Shown: one piece after another, positions 26,917 to 39,362 of the stretch
Numbering within the stretch: position 1 is the first letter of the stretch
Layout of the letters: every line of letters begins with the position of its first letter
Notes under the pieces: generated by a model
What the model was told of the DNA's origin: nothing
Seen by the model: the letters and a program-made list of their open reading frames with translations, nothing else
The model's database searches: none
NCBI RefSeq assembly: GCF_009914755.1
Contig: NC_060941.1
From: the human T2T-CHM13v2.0 reference genome, Homo sapiens
Length of the DNA: 64,000 nt
Strand: one strand, 5' to 3'
Position numbers and translations under genes: made by a program

Positions 26917-27917
26917 TCTTTAAATGTACTCTTATAACATGTCCCTGCTTAAACATTCCAATATATACAGTAACACTGCTGGCTTGAGACAGAGATGTGC
27001 GTGTTCTATCATTTGCTAAGCCTTCAATGGTTTTCTCTTTTGTTGTTGAAAATGCCTTAAGTATTTGTAATGGGTTTTTTTTTAAATCATATCAGGAGTG
27101 TTATTTTTCTCATATTGATATTTCCTTCTGGAGTGAAGTAGTCAGATGATGCTGAGAAAAAAGCTAGTGTCCATGTAAATCAGAAAGTTTTCAGAAGGAA
27201 AGAGAAAAACTGCCTGGTATTGAATGAATATTATAGAAACATATAGAGGAGAACATGTCTTTTATTTCTAAACATAGATATACTCAAATAAATACAGAAT
27301 CCTATAGATATCTGGGTTGAAGCAGGTTATATTCTGAGCATCTTAAATGGTGCAGAATGAAGATTGGGATAAATCATCATTTTTGTCTTGTTACAGATTA
27401 AAATGGCCCAGAGCATAATCATTAAGCTTTTGTAGTACAAGGGTCACAATCCTAAGAAGAGCAGTTCAGGAGTACTCATTACTCCCAATACCAACAACTA
27501 AGCCATAACAACTGTGTCTTAAATGCTCAACTTCTATTTAATTATCTCTAGAAGAACTGGAGGAGACAAGATCACTGGTGTCTAGGAAGTTCATGTGGTT
27601 AAAGACGGTGTCATGACCTCCAGCTAGGTCTCTCTCTTCTCTCCACATTTGCTACTACCTAAATACTGCTTTTTGGGTCTCACTTTCCAATTATGAAGTT
27701 ATCTGAGCTCATCTCTGACCCCTTTCTGGATTCCCTCTGTTCAGTTCATGAGCCCAGAGGAAGTAAGAGCACAACAAACCGGATAAAGTCAAGGTCTAAC
27801 TAGTGCTAAGCATCACAGAAAGCTGAGTTTATGTATGGCCTCTCACTGCTCTGCTGCTGATAAGCTTTCCTGTTTCATACAGGTGCACAGAGTTATAAAC
27901 ATATTAATATATTCACA

Positions 27918-27952
27918 GCACACACACACATGCACACACACACATACATACA
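27918..27952. repeat. Imperfect (CA)n
   Basis: Directly visible. Confidence 0.85.
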
Positions 27953-29144
27953 CCTAGTTTTTCTCATATTGAAGCTTTCTTGGGTGAGCACCATACTTGC
28001 TAATTATACTCCATGCCCCATCCTCCACAACAAAAAAAATTCCAAAGAAAACAGTTGAAATTTCACCATGACCAGTGTCTGGATGAAGCTGTCTTGAGAA
28101 TTGTGGAATAAGCAGCTCCCTCGGTGTGGGGGGAAAGAAAGTGATTATGTCGTATGCAAGGTTTTTAAATTGAGAGAGAATTAACTCAGCTTATAATAAA
28201 TCACTGTTGACACCTTCTGTAAAGACTTCATGCTCTTTAAAGCCAGAGGAAATTTTTAACTGGCCAAGAAGGAAACTCCACAAATATTGGCCATTATTTG
28301 CACTTGCAATCTTCATGTGGGAGATTCTGAAGGATTTTTCCTGTATGGTATGAACAAACCCCACAGAGAATAGCTATCTCATTAAGATAAACAAAGATTG
28401 ATTAATAACTTATTATCATATTTTACAATTGGGACTTTAGAAACTGTGTAATGGCAGGAGGGCCTGTCTTCACCTTTCTTGTTTTTAGCTTATATGTTGG
28501 TTTTTCTTGAAAAATTCAAACCAAGTAAAAAGATTCATGGGAGCAAACCTTCCTTCCAAGGTTTGAGGAAGAAAGATTTTTTTCTTTGTATTTTTCTAGT
28601 AAGAATCACTCACTAGTCTACCAACTTTGATTAAATTGTATAGCCTTTGCAGGATATTATTTGCTGCCTTATTTATTGTCTCACTTACTCCCCAAAAAGT
28701 TTCTGAAGAAATGAAGGTGATTTCTATATTATCTACTTTTAGATAAAGAAACTTTTAGTCCGAGAGGTGAAGGTGATTCAAGGACATCTGGGTGAAAGAA
28801 AGCTGAGCCAGTTCTTCATTTGAGCTGCAGTCAAGAGGACAATCTCTACTGGGTAAAAATGCTTTATAAAGATGATGTTTCTTGGTTGGTAGAGTAAAAT
28901 TTTGCATTTCATTTCCAATAAATAATGTTATTCATTAGAAACTTTTTCAAAACTCTCAAAGTGCTACTAAGCCTCCATTAGAGTATTTCTCTCTCTCTCT
29001 TCCATCATTATCCACATTCTCACTACCTGTACAAAGTGATTCAGTGAAAACTGGATTCAAAAGGATTAGTCTCTGTATTTCCAAAAGAGTTTCAGCCCAT
29101 CTCTGGATGAGTTTCTAATAAAATTCAGTGAAATATAATTGTAT

Positions 29145-29580
29145 ATGCTAGATAGCTTTTGCTTCCCTCCACTCCCAGTATGCTTTCTCTCTTTGTCCTT
29201 GACCCTCTATTCTGTGCCCAGAAAGGCTGACCTGTAAGGATTGTAACAGTGGTCCCCTCGACCTCTGGCTTCCAGTGGGTTCAACCAATGGGAGACCTTG
29301 ACAAGAGATTTGAAGGAGGAAAGAAAGTGGGGTTTAAATATTTATCCCACCAGCTCCCTCCTTGCTGGTGACTCAGATAGCCACTGATGTTATCTGAAGA
29401 ATCTCTTTATAAAATGTCTTTCTCTTGGTTACAGAAATGACTTCTAACTATTACATCAACTAGCTCCATGGAACTGCAATTTCTCTTGATGGTTTCTCCA
29501 AACTCTGCCCACATGTATATAGTCAGTTTTACTATAAATCATTTCAGATAACCCAGATTGGATGAGATTCATTGAGGGCC
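29145..29580 (+). mobile_element. LTR33 ERVL solo LTR
   Basis: tgctagata...tctgtgcccagaaaggctgacct...cctctggcttccagtgggttcaaccaatgggag...atttatcccaccagctccctcc; 3' boundary approximate. Confidence 0.75.
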
Positions 29581-30082
29581 CTGGCATAAAAGGACAGGAA
29601 CACTCAGACTGGGCTCCCATCTTTTTGATAGATTCCAAAAATGTGAGCCCAGGACTCTACACACATCTGCGATGTTGAAAAGATCAGTCTGTTGAGAAGG
29701 GCTTTAGTAGCTCAAAGTACAACTGCAGTATTAATTTTATTGCCCAAATGATAAAAAAGCAAGTAAATAAAATGACCCTATTCAATAACTTTTTTTTGGC
29801 GGGGTTGGGGATAGTAGGAAGGAATTGATTCAGAATCAGGCATAAATTAAATTTATATGAATGAGATTTAAATGATGATTTCAACTTAGTAAAATTTGCT
29901 CCAGTGAATAGGCTACTTCAGAGAGTAACAAGAAATAATCAGAATAATTAAAGGTCAGCCTGTAGTAATTGAGTAAATTTGCCTATTTTCACTTGGTATG
30001 ATATTAATTTGAACTGATTATCATGCCAGGACTTTAATATTTTTATTGAAAGGTCATTTTGGACAAAACAAGCTACAGGATT

Positions 30083-30166
30083 TTATATATATACATATAT
30101 GCATATAAATATGTATATGGATATATACATACATGTGTATATTATATGTGCACATAAATATATATG
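30083..30166. repeat. (TA)-rich low-complexity tract
   Basis: Directly visible. Confidence 0.8.
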
Positions 30167-32119
30167 ACATGGGAATTCCACTGTTAACTTACTCAATGGT
30201 TTCTACTGTACAACTCACAAATGCAAAGTATATCATTCAAATTCTGATTTTATGCTTCTAGCAAACAAATAAGTAAACAAATGAATTATTTTTTAAAAAT
30301 AGTCCAATGTTAAATAATATATATTTCATGTAGATTTTCCAATTTATAAATAAAATTTATTTCCAGCTAAATGTAGGACTTATGTTGCTCATTGAGTTCT
30401 AATTATTATTTTCTCTTGCAACACGCTGTGGCATTTTGGTGAACTATTTTGGCATCAGTAAATTCCTAAGTATAGTCAATAGACTCCTATTAATATAGTA
30501 GGGTATTTTTAGCTCAGGCTTTAGCTTTTTAAAACCACAGTGCTTAAAGTGTCCCCTTACAGAAAAAAAAAATTACTATGTTCAAGTATAACCCCATTCA
30601 TATATGTCTACCCAAGTGCTTTCGTCTATAAAATGAGTATTTGACTGATAAATACATACATATTTAATTTTGTAACTTTCCCCACAATAAATTATTTGTA
30701 TAAAACAGAAAAATTTTTATCTATTGTAATTATTTTCTTACCTCATCTGGAGGGTCTGAGAAGCATTGGCAACAGCACAAATGTGACATGAGTATTTAAA
30801 GAAAAGGTGAATTGCCCAGGGCTAAAAAACATACTCCATACATCATGTTTTGAACAGTCATACAATAGATTATGATGTGACTGTGAAGTCACAACAGTGG
30901 GCTCCCAAATATGATTTTCTTGGTGGACATTACCCTGTGACACTTTCCTTGTATATGTGTGTGTATGCAAGTGTGTGTATGTCGGTGTGTGTATGTGTAT
31001 GTGTCTGTTGTTTGCCTGTCTCTCTGCAAAGCATTCTACTCAGGCACAGTAATGAGTAGGACAAGTTCTCCTACAAACGAACTCAATACTGTTCATCAAT
31101 TAACTCTTGCGCTTCCTTCTAAAACCACTTGTGAAATCAACCATTTTTCCTCTTCTTCAGATTAGGGAATGGGAACAAATGGAGTCAACACATTCATAAG
31201 TTATAAGATGATATTTTGAGGCAAGTAAAATTAAAAACAGCAATTCTTGTTGATGGGTATTCAATTCTGACAAGCACAGATTACACAAGTAATGCAAGAG
31301 GCATTAGTCACCAATTGTTGCTAATCCGATTTTCATACTTTAGCTTTTTATAATAAAATTGACAGTTGAGTCCTGTGTATTTTACAAAATTGGAGGCTAA
31401 TTTTCAGGTCATCTCAATGATCCTAAGCAAATCCAATAAATATGGAGTAAAGATGACTCTTTGCACAATGAATTTCATATACTTCACTCAAATTAGAGCC
31501 TCCAAGTCCCTCCCTCAAATGTTATATATTTTCACTTTATACTAGATTCTCTCGATGTGTATCATAATAGCAAAGAATTCACTTAGCAAAGAATCCACTT
31601 GGAGAACACACACAGAAAATGAAAGACTAAACAAAATTTTAACAGGTCTGTTCGCCACTTAGTTTCTCCTCTTAGGTGCTTTAATTTGTTGCTTCACTCT
31701 GTACATTTCTGGCATTTCTGGGAGGATATTAGTAAGTTACTGTTTCAGAACTCATTTGGATCTTTTTCCCCTCCAGAACTCTCTTACCTCTTTAGTGAAC
31801 ACATTTTTAGGCAATTATAAGAAGCTGATTAACCAATCTCAAGACATTTGGAAGAAAATAAGGTAGATCAGTGGGGAAGATCATTAGAGTTAGGAGTAAT
31901 TATTCCACCAGTTAATAACAGCTGATATCCTGATGACCCTATCATAAGAGAACTAAAATAAACAGCAGTAGTTCATAATGTGTGATGGTTTGGGGACATT
32001 TGGGGTAGTAAACAATTCTATGAAGTTCAGTTATGAATTCTTCGCTGGGTTCACGATGACAGAAAAGAATTTCTGTTCATGAAGGGTGACCTTTGCATAC
32101 CTCCAAAAATGTAAGCAGC

Positions 32120-32385
32120 AAGGCTGAGTTGGGAGGATCACTTGAGCCCTGAAGTTAAAGACCATCCTGAGAAAGATGGCAAGACCCTATCTCTACAAAA
32201 AAATAAAACAAAATATTAACCAGGCATGATGGTATGTGCCTGTGGTCCCAGGTACTCTGCAGGCTGAGATGAAAAGATTGCTTGAGCCCTGGAGTTGAAA
32301 CTGCAATGACCCGTGTTCACACCATTGCACTCTAAACTGGGCAACAGAGCGAGACTTGTCCAAAAAAAAAAAAAAAAAAAAAAAA
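32120..32385 (+). mobile_element. AluJ, 5'-truncated
   Basis: ggaggatcacttgagccc and gattgcttgagccctggagttgaa are J-diagnostic; long A tail. Confidence 0.88.
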
Positions 32386-33175
32386 GTAAGTAATAAAGTA
32401 GTTAAAACTGAAAGTTGTAGAGTAAGACTTTAAAAATTACCTAGTATAGTTTCTTCATTTTACAAAGCAGAAAACTGAAATTCTCAGAGACCACTAAGTG
32501 AATAACGTACATTCAATCAATTTTTTTAAAGGGAAACTAATTTATCACCTAAAGCTAACATCAAGCCATATCGAATATATTAAAAAATGACACTGCTAAA
32601 TGATAAACAAGTTTGGTCACTGTTTTAAATGGGATAAATTTTGAAATCTAGAACCAATTATATTTATTATTTACTATAAATCAAAACTTCACCGTTGAAA
32701 GATATTGTCAATCTTTCAGATTATAGGAAGTTGTAGAGGACATGCTAATGGGCTTCCCAGATCTTGTTTCAGTGATGAACTGGTTGACTCAGAAGCTGGA
32801 ATGCTGCTGGCATAGGGTCAGACTCTCAGCAACACCCTGTGTAGCCACATTGGAGCCTAAAGCAAAAGGAAAAATGTCTGCCCCCATATACACTTACCAA
32901 AATAGCCTCTCATATTTTAAACTAAGTGAAAAAGATAGACAAAATGAACCCAAATCTTAAGACTGTAAATAGAGTCCTGCATTGCTCAATTTATTTGAAC
33001 ACCACTGTCAACTCTCATAAACCTTCCCAGTGGGGACTCAATACCCAGTGGTTTGGAAATGACTATTGCCATTACAGATCCATCACACAAACAAATGTCT
33101 GTCTTTATTTAAAATTTGGATATTTTTTCATCTTGGAATTTTTTGCATTAATTTTGATTTTTAAAAATGTTATTA

Positions 33176-33460
33176 GGCCAGGTGTGGTGGCCCATGCCTG
33201 TAATCCCAGCACTTTGGGAGGCCACTTCAGGATCACTTGAGGTCAGGAGTTCAAGACCAGATCAACCAACAAGGCGAAACCCCATCTCTACTAAAAATAC
33301 AAAAATTAGCTGGGTATGGCACACGCCTGTAATCCAGCTGCTTGGGAGGCTGAGGCGGGAGAATCGCTTGCGCCCAGGAGGCAGAGGTTGCAGTGAGCCG
33401 AGATCATGCACCACTGCACTCCAGCCTGGGTGACAGAGCAAGACTCTGTCTTAAAAAAAA
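33176..33460 (+). mobile_element. AluS
   Basis: Full dimer with short deletions. Confidence 0.92.
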
Positions 33461-33625
33461 AATATATATATATATGAATATATAAAAATATGAATATATA
33501 AATATATTAATATATATAAATATATGAATATATAAATATATGAATATATATAAATATGAATATATATGAATATATAAAAATGTATGAATATTTAAAGGAT
33601 ATATATGTGTGTATATATATATTTT
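33461..33625. repeat. AT-rich minisatellite ~(ATATATAAATATATGA)n grown from the Alu tail
   Basis: Degenerate 14-16 nt units directly visible. Confidence 0.9.
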
Positions 33626-34403
33626 TAGACTATATATGCTGCACACTAAACCCCACCTTTACGACACTTCCCAGGGAACCCTGCCTGTGACAAATATGCA
33701 GTTAAATTAGCTAATATTTATTGAGCATATACTAGGTTCACTGCATGTTGATATTTTTATTTTACTCTCACATCAACCAGTAAGGTAGGCACTATTTCTA
33801 TTAAAATCAGTTGTATACAAGATAGCACACTTTAAATGAATAAAGTAATAATAAACCCATATGTAACCAGCATGCTGTGTTGTAACACAAGGTAACTGAA
33901 TTTTCTTTCTTTCCTCACTGGCCTAAATATTACAAAGATACTTAACCCGAAGATGAAGGCATATATATGTGGTCCAGAACACATCTTAAGAAGAACAGAA
34001 AAGGATTTTATACATTTTAGGGTTTCAATTGAAAGTATCCTGAAATCTAAATAAAATTCACCAAAAGAGATAACCTTCAGCTATTTAGAAAGCTTATTAT
34101 TTTCCTTTCATTCCCTTGTGATCCTGTGGATGAATGAGGTTTTAATATCATTTTATAAATGTGAATGATACTGGTTAAAAATTTAAGTTCCTCATAATCT
34201 CAACATTTTTACTTGTTCTGAAATAGAATGCCATTAAAGACTATAATACTACATGGGTACCACCTATTACTACTGTATATAAACATATGAATACATATGT
34301 TTGTCAAGTGTGGTAAAAATATTTTCACCTCATTAGCAGACTTACTTTGTGGGATCCAGTGTGGGACCCCACAAATTCATATGCATTCTTTACAAATCTA
34401 AAT

Positions 34404-35116
34404 CACCAATTAGAATGGCAATCATTAAAAAGTCAGGAAACAACAGGTGCTGGAGAGGATGTGGAGAAATAGGAACACTTTTACACTGTTGGTGGGACTG
34501 TAAACTAGTTCATCCATTGTGGAAGTCAGTGTGGCGATTCCTCAGGGATCTAGAACTAGAAATACCATTTGACCCAGCCATCCCATTACTGGGTATATAC
34601 CCAAAGAACTATAAATCATGCTGCTATAAAGACACATGCACACGTATGTTTATTGCGGCATTATTCACAATAGCAAAGACTTGGAACCAACCCAAATGTC
34701 CAACAATGATAGACTGGATTAAGAAAATGTGGCACATATACACCATGGAATACTACGCAGCCATAAAAAATGATGAGTTCATGTCCTTTTTAGGGACATG
34801 GATGAAATTGGAAATCATCATTCTCAGTAAACTATTGCAAGGACAAAAAACCAAACACCGCATGTTCTCACTCATACGTGGGAATTGAACAATGAGAACA
34901 CATGGACACAGGAAGGGGAACATCACACTCTGGGGACTGTTGTGGGGTGGAGGGAAGGGGGAGGGATAGCACTGGGAGATATACCTAATGCTAAATGACG
35001 AGTTAATGGGTGCAGCACACCAGCATGGCACATGTATACATATGTAACTAACCTGCACATTGTGCACATGTACCCTAAAACTGAAACTATAATAATAATA
35101 AAATAGAAAAAAAAAG
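34404..35116 (+). mobile_element. L1PA3-like 3' end, 5'-truncated
   Basis: ORF2 C-terminus ([33 protein letters not shown]...) with no stops; 3' UTR diagnostics gcaaggacaaaaaacc and gctaaatgacgag; A tail. Confidence 0.95.
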
Positions 35117-35979
35117 AAATTGCTTTAGCAAAAATGTTCTCTATTTTAAATGCCTTTGAGTCTGGATCATTTGCTAAATCATATTCCTGAACTCATTGTG
35201 GCACATCTTTTAAGTCTGCAGTTATGGCCCCATGTTTCTGAGCATATTGTATTTTGTATTTAGGTCTCTTAGTGTTCTGGTTCATATGAAATGGCGCTAT
35301 TTATTTATTATAAGATCTCACATTTGTTTTAGCCATCACAAGTTAATGTTAGGATGAATTAGGCCCTAGAGATGTAATATCATCTTTAAAAAGCTGCTCT
35401 GAAGACAGAAAGCTGAGAATCAAAGCATAAAAAGAACTAAGGTACAAAGTCTGAGTGTCTAAGTTCATATTTCTTGCATGTAACTACGTGAACAGATTAG
35501 ATCCACAATCACTTTTTTTTTGGTCAAAAAACAGCTCTTAGACTGCAAGGAGAATGTGCAATGCATAGGAATGACTGGATAGAGATGTCTGTCCAATGAC
35601 TTTGGGCCAAAGGTGGGGTAAAAAATGATGAATGGTTCTGCGAAACTACTGTTCTCTCTTTACTTGCTCTTGACTTCACATTTCTCAATATTTTTCAAAA
35701 CAACAATGATGTTTGAAAGACCATGTCATTTGGTTGATTTTTAACATGTTAATGTCCCCTAAATATACTACCATTTAGCCAAATTATCTGAGGTTGTGAA
35801 CTTTCTGAAGAAATCAAGAAATCATGCAAAACAGAGTCTGAAAGAGCTGAAGGTAGCTAGTAATTAAATCCAATCTATACAAGTATTAGAAAACCCCAAG
35901 CACAACTACATTTTGTGAACTAAGGTAGTCAGCAATTTGCAACCACCTGGTTTTCCTAAGGGCCTAGCACAGTGTCAAA

Positions 35980-36080
35980 CCAATTTAAACAAGCATTTAT
36001 TGAGCATTTTTATGTGTCTGGCATGGTATTAAGTACAACAGATTTAAAGGTCATTCATTGGCCCTGCCCTTGAGCACTCA
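35980..36080 (-). mobile_element. L2 tail fragment
   Basis: aacaagcatttattgagcatttttatgtgtctggcatggt...ccctgcccttgag. Confidence 0.65.
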
Positions 36081-36185
36081 ATATTAATTGAAAAGTTTTC
36101 TACAAAATGTAGGCATTAAATTATTACTATGGCAAACAAGTTTATAATGTGATAGGTCAAATGCTCGTTTATTAAAGTGTTAGGG

Positions 36186-36232
36186 ATATATATATATATA
36201 TATATATATAGATATATATACACACATATATA
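36186..36232. repeat. (TA)n microsatellite
   Basis: Directly visible. Confidence 0.9.
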
Positions 36233-37395
36233 TGTGTTGCATTTCAGGTTATGGCCATTTAGCCATATTGTTAGAAGCCACACTGGAGTGCGCTCAATAG
36301 AAATATATCCTGTGGACGTGCTTGAGGAAAGAAACTCACATTTTCTCTTAAACCTTCAAGATACTTCATCTGGGCCTTAAGGGAAAACCATAAGGTCAAA
36401 TAATTCTAATTGTTACAAAGCAATATCCAGTAGCAGAGTACCAAATATTGCAAGAGTTTATCGACACCTGAAAGGCAATTCTGGATATTTTTAGGTAGAT
36501 TTTATGGAAGTGGACAGGACTGCGGAGGAGACCTTGTATTAGAAGCCAACCATCATCGCCACAATGACAATATCATACAAATGCTTTATTTAAGCCCCTT
36601 CATCTAACACTTTACATCTACTTTGTTTCTAGATGATTTTAAACATTGCTCATGTCTTAATATAATTTGTTCCAGAGACTTTTCAGGAGTTTAATAAGTG
36701 GCTAACTTAAAGTAACATCAGAGGCTGTCTCTATGAAGCTAATGGTTCTATGACATAGTCATCACTGAGTTCCCAGGTTGTCCATACCAAAATAGAGTTT
36801 ATGATGTGTATGCCCCTGCCCAAACATGCTTTATATGCCAGGGGGTGTTGAAATGATGTCCTGCTGGCACAGGTTCTGTTTACCACATTGCCTTGACTTC
36901 ATGAGTTGGGGCACATTCTATTTGGGTTGCGCAAGCCAAGATCATCATTGCATAAAGCAGGAACCCACAAATTGCTATTTCTTAGGTGACCCGATAGTGT
37001 CTGTTCACAGCAAAGGCTGAATGAGAATTACCCCTGGTTTCTTTGGGACGTGGCAAAGCAAACTTACTCAGAGTTCCTTGGTTGAATCCAAAAAAGAAGT
37101 CATCTACTAAGATGAGTCACTGTTGAGCAAAAACCTTGTCTGCTACTCTCTTTAAAGGTTATGTGCTCTTCTAAAATTACATATTTTGATTGATATATTA
37201 ATGTGGCTATATTGTGGTTGCCTAGAGACAACTTGGAACCCAGTGAGTTGGATGATGATGTTCTTTGTCACTGATTACATCATCTCAGACTTCATGCTCC
37301 ATTCATACCTTAGAGGGACAGAAATATACTTGCCCTTTTCACTGACGAAAGAAGAGATATTTTTAGATTTTGCCTTCCTCATTTCTATTAGGCAA

Positions 37396-37818
37396 TTTTT
37401 TTAAATTTATACTTTAAGTTCTGGGATACATATGCAGAATGTGTAGGTTTGTTACATAGGTATACACGTGCCATGGTGGTTTGCTGCACCCATCAACCCG
37501 TCATCTACATTACGTATTTCTCCTAATGCTATCCCTCGTCTACACCCTCACCGCACAACAAGCCCCAGTGTGTGATGTTCCCCTCCCTGTGTCCATGTGT
37601 TCTCATTGTTCAACTCCCACTTATCAGTGAGAACATGCAGTGCTTGGTTTTCTGTTCCTGTGTTAGTTTGCTGAGAATGATGGTTTCCAGCTTCATCCAT
37701 GTTCCTGCAAAGGACATGAACTCATCCTTTTTAATGGCTGCATAGTATTCCATGGTATATATGTGCCACATTTTCTTTATTCATTTGGGATAAGGTCTAT
37801 CATTGATGGGCATTTGGG
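37396..37818 (-). mobile_element. L1PA7-like 3' end
   Basis: tatactttaagttctgggatacatatgcagaatgtg...ccatggtggtttgctgcacccatcaacccgtcatctacatt. Confidence 0.92.
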
Positions 37819-39194
37819 GAATGGGAGGGCATTTTATTCATTTGATAAATATCCTGTCATGTAGTTTAATATATTTGTAAATCTTTTGGGTTGAGTATTA
37901 TCACTTTAAAGAGACTAAAGAGACAGAAATGACAGTAAACGAAGAAAGAAAAACTTTGCAAATTATTTTCTTTTGTCTTATTTATTAACTCAGAGCAAAA
38001 TGTATAAACACCTATCATTATGGTTGTTAATTATGTTCCCCCAGCTTTATAATTGTGATCATCTGAGATACCATGATAGACATCCTAAGTCTCTTGACAA
38101 GATCAATTGAAAAAAAAGATAGGTCATCATTGCATATGCAGTTGCCCAAAGAGCCAAGATCTCAAGAAATTTTGTTTTTCACAAACGCAGATGTACAAAA
38201 AGGACATCTCTTCATTTATCTAGCATGTGGCAATGTTTTTACATACGTGCACAATGCTTATACACAAAGTCAGTGTTCTCATACTGTACTTTTATGGAGT
38301 CAAATTTGCCAAAAACAGAATAAATGATTTAGAACTCTCAAGAGTCTTTACAAAATATATACCAGTATTGGAAATGGTGTGAAGATGAAATACATAGCAT
38401 AAAAGTTATACAAAATAATGCTAACAACTTAAAATAGCGGGGATAACAGGAAAAAAAACAAAACAAAAAACCCTAAAACTGGCTAAAAATAAAATCTGAC
38501 ATATGTAAATGCATATCACAGGGATAGATTAGGAACAATTTCATGAAGGTAGTCCCTAAGGGCTGGCCAGCCTTGATAATCATTAACTATGATTAATAAG
38601 TCTTGCATTGCAATGAATAGCTGCTTTTTATCTTTGAGGGCATGGCTTTCCTGGGAGAATATATTCACATTCATTTTCTACATGACGCTATTCTTTATGA
38701 AATTCTTCTACGATTCAATATATACCAACATGAGCATTCCCTATTAAATTTTCCTGTCTTCTGCGTCATGGTTCTATGTAGTTTGGGGTATACAGGAATC
38801 CATTTCCCATGTACTTATATAGAGACCCCAAATTCGGCAGAAACAGTACAAGTAATCAAACAGCAAAAATTGTGTTAAAACCTTTTTATCCTACTGTGGA
38901 CATAATTATTTTCTAACCAGTCAGTGACTTTGCTGACTTCTTCAGGCAAATGTGGCTTTAATTCAATAAAAGCTCCTGAATTTTTATCAACTGAAAGGGA
39001 TGTCAGTGTAGACAAGTGACACATTTTTAAGCTGATATTTTTGTCATTGCCATTGTGGCCAATTTACTCATCTGAATTTTCCACCAAATGCAAAAAAGGA
39101 CAATAAGAAAGCAACAGTTCTGCCTACTATGATGCCACCAATATGAAGCCAGTATCCTACACACAGTTACAACCTCAAGGAAACCCTTTCTTAT

Positions 39195-39362
39195 AATTTG
39201 ACTTTCAGGATTTTGATATTTGAGATTTTAACAATTTGAGATTCTGATTCTTGAGATTTTAGATATTAGGGAATTTAGATGTTAGAGATTTTAATCTTTT
39301 GGAATTGCAACATTTGGAATTATGGCATTTGGGACTGTGTCTTTCAGAATTATGGTTGGCAG
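39195..39362. mobile_element. Ricksha (MULE/MuDR) terminal repeat fragment
   Basis: Reverse complement cataattctgaaagacacagtcccaaatgccataattccaaatgttgcaattccaaaagattaaaatctc matches the recalled Ricksha TIR with its ~14-15 nt sub-repeats. Confidence 0.75.

Noticed and set aside
22081-31790. Strong minus-strand donors at ~22086, ~30740 and ~31788 as additional exons
   Set aside because: No convincing acceptor at a sensible distance; such 9-mers are expected by chance in 64 kb
32745-32950. Possible hAT-type (MER91-like) fragment
   Set aside because: Similarity to recalled consensus too weak to name
34349-34888. 179-aa ORF, the longest in the window
   Set aside because: It is the L1 ORF2p C-terminus of a 5'-truncated L1PA3 with a chance upstream start; not a host gene
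39195-39362. Periodic array suggestive of CRISPR or a novel repeat system
   Set aside because: No constant repeat with unique spacers, no cas genes, primate context; explained by Ricksha TIR sub-repeats
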